IMG/VR virus record: IMGVR_UViG_3300012007_000008
Span: 1 to 64,000 of that record
DNA: 64,000 nucleotides
Strand: one strand, 5' to 3'
DNA from: a virus
Lineage: Duplodnaviria > Heunggongvirae > Uroviricota > Caudoviricetes
A program made the translations under genes and the position numbers. Shown piece by piece: positions 59,394 through 64,000 of the stretch. Under the pieces are notes generated by a model. It ran no database searches, had not been told where the DNA came from, and saw only the letters and a program-made list of their open reading frames with translations. Numbering within the stretch: the first letter of the stretch is position 1; every line of letters starts with the position of its first letter.

Positions 59394-59549
59394 TCAGAGC
59401 CTTTCCCAATAACAGTTCTCGTCGTATTCTATCCCGAGATACTTCGAGAATAACTTCTTTATTTCTTCGTCCGTGATATCATCAGGGACATCTACGGTTA
59501 CTTCATTACGCCCAACGAACTGAGCGTCGATAATTAGTTTCAATCTCAT
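59394..59549 (-). CDS. small ORF (51 aa)
   Basis: SD GGAAGGGGAAACAG; below ORF-track threshold. Confidence 0.25.
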   Translation of the reverse strand: MRLKLIIDAQFVGRNEVTVDVPDDITDEEIKKLFSKYLGIEYDENCYWERL

Positions 59550-59748
59550 CTGTTTCCCCTTCCGGAAACCCTTATTATCGGCAGTTACAGTTTAATTACC
59601 TGACCAGTAGACAAACACCATTCATAAAAACAGATGATTCTCCTGATCAGGTTGATAACGGAACTACTAATATCCGGTATTCTTTCTGGACTTTTGATTT
59701 TTATCTCCGTCATATCCTTACCTCCCGAGCCACTCAGAACTTTCCCCA

Positions 59749-59991
59749 TCATACTTCCTCCATTGCTCTAACAATCGTCGCCCGGTATTCCTGAAGCAGA
59801 GAAATCAGGTTGTCCCTGATCGCCGAACCGATCCCGATGTTTACATTTCCGCAAGAAGCGCGGGTGTTCAGTGTGATGCTACTATACTGTTTGATGTTCT
59901 TCAGGGCTTCGTCTACCTTATTCAACTCATATTCGTAGCTTTGGTACTTCGCCGCCCGTTCTTTTACTTGTGTATATTCTTCCTTCGTCAT
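59749..59991 (-). CDS. hypothetical protein
   Basis: 80 aa, SD GGAGGTATCC. Confidence 0.4.
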   Translation of the reverse strand: MTKEEYTQVKERAAKYQSYEYELNKVDEALKNIKQYSSITLNTRASCGNVNIGIGSAIRDNLISLLQEYRATIVRAMEEV

Positions 59992-60059
59992 CGTGGATAC
60001 CTCCTTTCCTATACTTACTTCTCAAAACAGAAGAGAAGTAAACCCTCAATCTATCGAGT

Positions 60060-60088
60060 TGACAAATTCAATTTGCAGGAATAAGATA
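60060..60088 (+). promoter_or_regulatory. sigma70-like promoter
   Basis: TTGACA, 17-nt spacer, TAAGAT. Confidence 0.35.
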
Positions 60089-60099
60089 GGAAATGGCAG

Positions 60100-60993
60100 A
60101 TGTTTGAACTAATCCTGAAGGGAGAGAAGGGTATGAAGAGTAAGAGAAGATTGCTACTGGCGGCGTTACTGATGGTGATCTTGACGGTACTGTTAGCCGT
60201 ACCAGTCTTAGCGAAGCCGAAACTGGACGAGAAGAAGGATGAAAAATCAAATCTACAATTACATGCCGCTATATCTGTAATGAATGGAAAGTATGCAGAT
60301 ATTTATTTACCTCAAGATCATGCAACCTATCATCAGGGCGATATTTTCAAATACCACTTCTCAGTTCAAGACACATGGTCAACTTTATACACGCGAGCTT
60401 TATTCGGAATTATGGATGAAGAAGGAAATTTCCAATTCTTTAATTATACGGAAGTTATTCCAAAAAATTCCACAAAAGAATTTTCAGGAGAAGTATTAAC
60501 AAATGATATTCCTGTTGGGAAATATACATTTGGAGTATGTAACTATTGTTTTGAGGATGCTGCTGGAAATAGAGAATCATGGCGTGTAAATGTAGATGAT
60601 CTTCCGTATGTAGAGGTTGAGATTGAAATTTTACCTCCGTTACCACCGGAACCAGCACCAGAACCGGAACCAACACCTGAACCAGTTAGTTCTCCTGGCG
60701 CAGATACTATACAGAGAGAAACACCGTCCATATTTAATGTGAAAGCTAAAAAGAACAGGATTTTTGTCTTTTGGGAAAAAGTTAAAACCCCGACTCAGAT
60801 GAAATCTATTGAAATTGAATATGCTACAAATCCAAAGTTTACTAAAAATGTTAGTATAGTATCTGTTAATCCAAATAAAACGAGAACAACATTGAAATTG
60901 AAAAGAAAAAAGACATACTATATCCGAATTCGATATAAATGGAGCGACGGGGTGTCTGCGTGGAGTGCGAATAAGAAAGTTAGAACAAAATAA
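60100..60993 (+). CDS. secreted protein with Pro-rich linker and C-terminal fibronectin-III/Ig-like domain
   Basis: signal peptide MKSKRRLLLAALLMVILTVLLAVPVLA; linker LPPLPPEPAPEPEPTPEP. Confidence 0.55.
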   Translation: MFELILKGEKGMKSKRRLLLAALLMVILTVLLAVPVLAKPKLDEKKDEKSNLQLHAAISVMNGKYADIYLPQDHATYHQGDIFKYHFSVQDTWSTLYTRALFGIMDEEGNFQFFNYTEVIPKNSTKEFSGEVLTNDIPVGKYTFGVCNYCFEDAAGNRESWRVNVDDLPYVEVEIEILPPLPPEPAPEPEPTPEPVSSPGADTIQRETPSIFNVKAKKNRIFVFWEKVKTPTQMKSIEIEYATNPKFTKNVSIVSVNPNKTRTTLKLKRKKTYYIRIRYKWSDGVSAWSANKKVRTK

Positions 60994-61161
60994 AAAATAG
61001 CCATAAAAACTTTGAAAAGACTAAAGAAAACATCGGGTCGGCGTATATCGAGGGTTATTTGCGATAACCGGAAGCGGAATGCTTTGCGGTAGTAATACAC
61101 GTGAATAAAGTTTTCCGTAACCCGACCAGTCTGATCCTGTTATTCCTTCCTTACTAGCAAA

Positions 61162-61497
61162 GTGTTATCATATTGTAGCAATAGCAATACGACAACATGC
61201 TTTAACAGTAAGGAGGAATGTGCTATGGACGAACAGACTATGTTCAAGCTACTGGAAATCTACAACGCGACGCAGGATATCTGGAAGATCCAGGAGATGC
61301 TGATCGGAATCCCTTGCGACGTAGGATACGGCGAGGGCATCCTGGGTGAGCTGGACTACACTCAGGAAATCATCTCGAAGTTCTCGCCGGTTTACGATCC
61401 GACAGAAGATTACGAAGAATCAAAATTCTGGCAGATCCTGGACAACCGGGAGATAGATAATCATGTGAAAGCTCGGCTCCTTTTGGGGCTTGTGTGA
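61162..61497 (+). CDS. hypothetical acidic protein
   Basis: 111 aa, SD TAAGGAGGAA. Confidence 0.45.
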   Translation: MLSYCSNSNTTTCFNSKEECAMDEQTMFKLLEIYNATQDIWKIQEMLIGIPCDVGYGEGILGELDYTQEIISKFSPVYDPTEDYEESKFWQILDNREIDNHVKARLLLGLV

Positions 61498-61613
61498 GTG
61501 GGTTTTATTGGGCGGCATCTGCTTCGGCGGGTGCCGTTTCCGTATAGATTCCGAAAAGATGAGTTTTCGGAAGAAATAAAAAAGACCCTCGCGAAGAGAG
61601 CCTTTCTTACTGT

Positions 61614-61835
61614 TCAGTTCTTCAGCATTTCCAGGACTTCCTCAACCGTCTTGCCGGATTCCCTGACGGCTGCCATGAGTGTCGTTATCTGTTCGGCTTC
61701 TTTCTCCTTCAGGAGTCCTTTGAGTTCGTCCTTCTTTTCCTTGACGGTTTCGTTGAGTTCCTTCAGTTCGGCTTCGAGATTCTCGATCCTCTGGTCCAAC
61801 GTGAGTTCGTCTTTTCTTTTACGTCCTCTGGGCAT
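61614..61835 (-). CDS. small basic coiled-coil protein (73 aa), divergent from the cassette locus
   Basis: SD GGAAGGAG; MPRGRKRKDELTLDQRIENLEAELKEL; preferred over the low-complexity plus-strand ORF 61498-61857. Confidence 0.45.
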   Translation of the reverse strand: MPRGRKRKDELTLDQRIENLEAELKELNETVKEKKDELKGLLKEKEAEQITTLMAAVRESGKTVEEVLEMLKN

Positions 61836-61893
61836 GGCAAACACTCCTTCCTTTTGAGTTATGGTTTTGCCATAATAATAAGGGAGGAGAGAG

Positions 61894-62175
61894 GTGCGTG
61901 TCAACTGGTTAAATTCCAGTATTTCAAATCTAAACTCAAAGGGTATAATAACTAGTAGTACGCAACTTTCTGTATCTCTACAGCCTAATGAGGTCAAATA
62001 TTATGAGACAGTTAAACCAGATGGGTTATACGCGTGGATCATGTACGGTATAGATACTGGAACCTGGGCTATTTGTGCTAATGATTTTAGTAATTATGGG
62101 TTAAGAGTAAAAAATAATAATGCCACACAGAGTTCTACTAGCAACATAAGAATGTGGTGGTTTAGATTTGGTTAA
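61894..62175 (+). CDS. expressed copy (cassette 1) of a cassette-family protein
   Basis: only cassette with RBS AAGGGAGGAGAGAG and GTG start; codons 5-8 are a variant junction TTAAATTCCAGTATT. Confidence 0.5.
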   Translation: MRVNWLNSSISNLNSKGIITSSTQLSVSLQPNEVKYYETVKPDGLYAWIMYGIDTGTWAICANDFSNYGLRVKNNNATQSSTSNIRMWWFRFG

Positions 62176-62212
62176 ACTCTTGCTTTGTATTCTTTGTTGA
62201 AAAGTATAATAA

Positions 62213-62490
62213 ATTCCAGAATAACTCCTATGTTTCAAAAGAGGAGAGTTACATTACATGGAGATGGAGAGAGTAAAACAGGATTCGTATACCATTATGG
62301 TAATGCCCCATCTATAAGTGGATATACACCAGTAGGAATTGTAGGGTATAACTGTGGTGGAGGATCTGCTTTCGGACTAAATATGTTTGATTGTTATTGT
62401 AACCCTGAGGGTAGGTTTGCTATAAATACACAGGGTTCAATAGGTTCTAGCCTATCCATTGATGTTGAGATCTTGTATCTCCGTAATTAA
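62213..62490 (+). other. silent cassette 2 (~92 codons, no RBS)
   Basis: opens NSRITPMFQKRR..., ends TAA inside the next repeat. Confidence 0.45.
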
Positions 62491-62783
62491 ATTCCAGAAT
62501 AAACAGCAATAACTCAGATATAATTGCAATAAATGATACAAGATATTATAAATCTAATGATCTAAATTTGATTGGAGAATTAAAAAGTGGAATATATGCA
62601 TACTCTTCTGATTCGTCTAATGCGCCTACGACAAATGGAGGAGTAGTGTTACACGCAAGAACCTTTGCTGACGGAGCGCAAGGATTTCAAATTGCGCATG
62701 CTAACAACCAAACCTTCTTAAGTGTTAGACTTCTTAACGCTGGTTCATGGAAACCATGGATGAAATTTACTATTGCTACTTAA
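62490..62783 (+). other. silent cassette 3
   Basis: NSRINSNNSD...KFTIAT then TAA-repeat. Confidence 0.45.
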
Positions 62784-63274
62784 ATTCCAGAACAAAAGGG
62801 TTTTTTAATTCTGAATCTTCCCCGAACCATAACGGTATAAAGATAGACTTTGCCTACAGAGAGAAGGAATACTCTTTGCAGTTTCATGTTGATAGAAATA
62901 ACTCGAATACTTGGATGACAATGTATGAACTGCCAGGGTATACAGCCATATGGACATTGACGAATCCGGCACTTGTAACGAGTGGCAGTCTAAATTATGC
63001 AATATCAGTCAAAACACCTGAATGGCAATGTATATGGCGTCGTATGGGAAAACTGGTAGTCATTAGTGGTTATTTCAACCCAATAAATGAAGTGGCAATG
63101 CATACAACCTTAGTAAACCTACCATTCTCCATTTCAGGAGAATACTTCGAATCCCCTAATTCATCGGGTGCGAGTCCCGGAAGACTTCATATTGTCAGTT
63201 CAAAACTCTAGAACGAATACGTGCTTAAGGCTGGGCAGTTCTATAGCTATACAATAATTGGATTCACGGCTTGA
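62783..63274 (+). other. silent cassette 4 (contains in-frame TAG at 63209)
   Basis: NSRTKGFF...HIVSSKL[TAG]NEYVLKAGQFYSYTIIGFTA then TGA. Confidence 0.4.
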
Positions 63275-63285
63275 TGAATCAATGA

Positions 63286-63630
63286 AATTCCAGAATAGAG
63301 CCTATAGATGTGTCTGACCAATATACGAAAGTAACGACAAACGTATCATTTTCCGCATTACGCGCATATAAGTTTGGAAGATTGATACTATTGGACGTTG
63401 CTTTTGACTGTTCAAAGATATCAGGAGATACAAACCTCTTCTCACCAAACAACAATTCTGTGACACCAGTTGCTTCAACTTATATAGCTTTTGGAACGGG
63501 GCAGCATTCTTCGTTTTCAAATAAGAACTGTTATTTTACATATTATCAAGGTTTTTTCATGGTTGGCAATGGAGCGGGCGAAACGGGAGTGAGCTATAGA
63601 GTTCATACGTCATATGTCTCGCTTCAATAA
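63286..63630 (+). other. silent cassette 5
   Basis: NSRIEPIDVSDQ...YVSLQ then TAA-repeat. Confidence 0.45.
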
Positions 63631-63953
63631 ATTCCAGAAAAATGGAAGCATCGTTTCTCTATAAAGCCAACAGATCAACTGGTTCTTAGAGAGTGGTTTC
63701 TTTTATTGTTAATGCCGGAGTAAGTGATACAGATAAGAAAGTATATATGTTCTTTTCACACGGAAATGGTCATGCTACTATCGGATCTGTAATGTGCGTC
63801 GGAAAATATCCAACTGGCCATTGTTCTTTAGTATCAATGGTTTACAACAATGCATTTTCTGTTACAGCAACTTACGATGGAGGAACTACCTTATCTATTT
63901 CTACTACACCCTGGGACAGAGTATTTCTATTATCCCCGTATTATTGTGCATAA
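63630..63953 (+). other. silent cassette 6 (contains in-frame TAG)
   Basis: NSRKMEASFLYKANRSTGS[TAG]RVVSF...SPYYCA then TAA-repeat. Confidence 0.45.
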
Positions 63954-64000
63954 AATTCCAGAATAACCAACACCAATTCGAAGGTTAATACATTCTATAT
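63954..64000 (+). other. silent cassette 7, truncated by window end
   Basis: NSRITNTNSKVNTFY... Confidence 0.35.

Larger units (their letters stand above)
62210..63966 (+). repeat. direct junction repeat TAAATTCCAGAA(T/C/A)A(A/G), six copies plus a variant inside the expressed gene (61911-61919)
   Basis: copies at 62210, 62488, 62781, 63284, 63628, 63951; each overlaps the upstream TAA stop and reads AAT TCC AGA (Asn-Ser-Arg) in the downstream cassette frame. Confidence 0.7.

Noticed and set aside
61498-61857. Plus-strand 119-aa ORF
   Set aside because: It is Ser-rich and low-complexity. The overlapping minus-strand 73-aa gene has a strong SD and a sensible coiled-coil sequence.
62747-63211. 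ORF-track start METMDEIYY for cassette 4
   Set aside because: That Met lies in the previous cassette's territory. The conserved junction repeat at 62781 gives an in-frame N-S-R start for this cassette in the same frame, so the true segment begins at the repeat.
1-64000. CRISPR array
   Set aside because: No spacer-repeat architecture. The only regular repeats are the cassette junction repeats and intragenic tandem repeats in the surface-protein gene.

Overview
This 64-kb window looks like most of a tailed dsDNA phage genome, probably temperate and probably infecting a Gram-positive (Firmicutes) host. It has a forward-strand block of small early genes and a tyrosine integrase (0–8 kb). A sigma-like/DUF262 fusion gene follows, with a strong promoter, operator palindrome and structured leader (8–10 kb). 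The replication module (12–21 kb) has an ATPase, SSB, DnaB helicase, DnaG primase, a Cas4-like nuclease and a DnaE-type polymerase. Nucleotide-metabolism genes (21–30 kb) include an anaerobic RNR gene nrdD split by two group I introns, one of which carries a GIY-YIG homing endonuclease, plus NrdG, dUTPase, a GMP-kinase-like protein and an HD hydrolase. A long accessory region (30–51 kb) holds a Thg1-like enzyme, an Rnl2-like RNA ligase, Lar-like zinc ribbons, two radical-SAM proteins, a lysis cassette with a SPOR-domain endolysin, and a TnpB-only IS605-family element. A second integrase with attP-like repeats sits at 52–53.5 kb. A reverse-strand block (53.6–60 kb) encodes a cysteine desulfurase, an LPxTG cell-wall-anchored repeat protein and a free-standing GIY-YIG HEG. 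An array of at least seven promoterless coding cassettes joined by a conserved 15-bp junction repeat starts at 61.9 kb.

The standard-code ORF track fragments many genes, because the phage apparently reads TAG as sense, probably Gln as in translation table 15. I rebuilt at least 13 genes (two HEGs, ERCC4 nuclease, Cas4-like nuclease, endolysin, cysteine desulfurase, surface protein, SGNH hydrolase and others) by reading through in-frame TAG codons, and conserved motifs continue across them. TAG almost never ends a gene here (one doubtful case, immediately backed by TGA), whereas TGA and TAA do. Genes in the first ~17 kb contain no internal TAG.

All coordinates of recoded or re-started genes come from hand translation and may be off by a few nucleotides. 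No database search was possible, so functional calls rest on recognisable motifs only.
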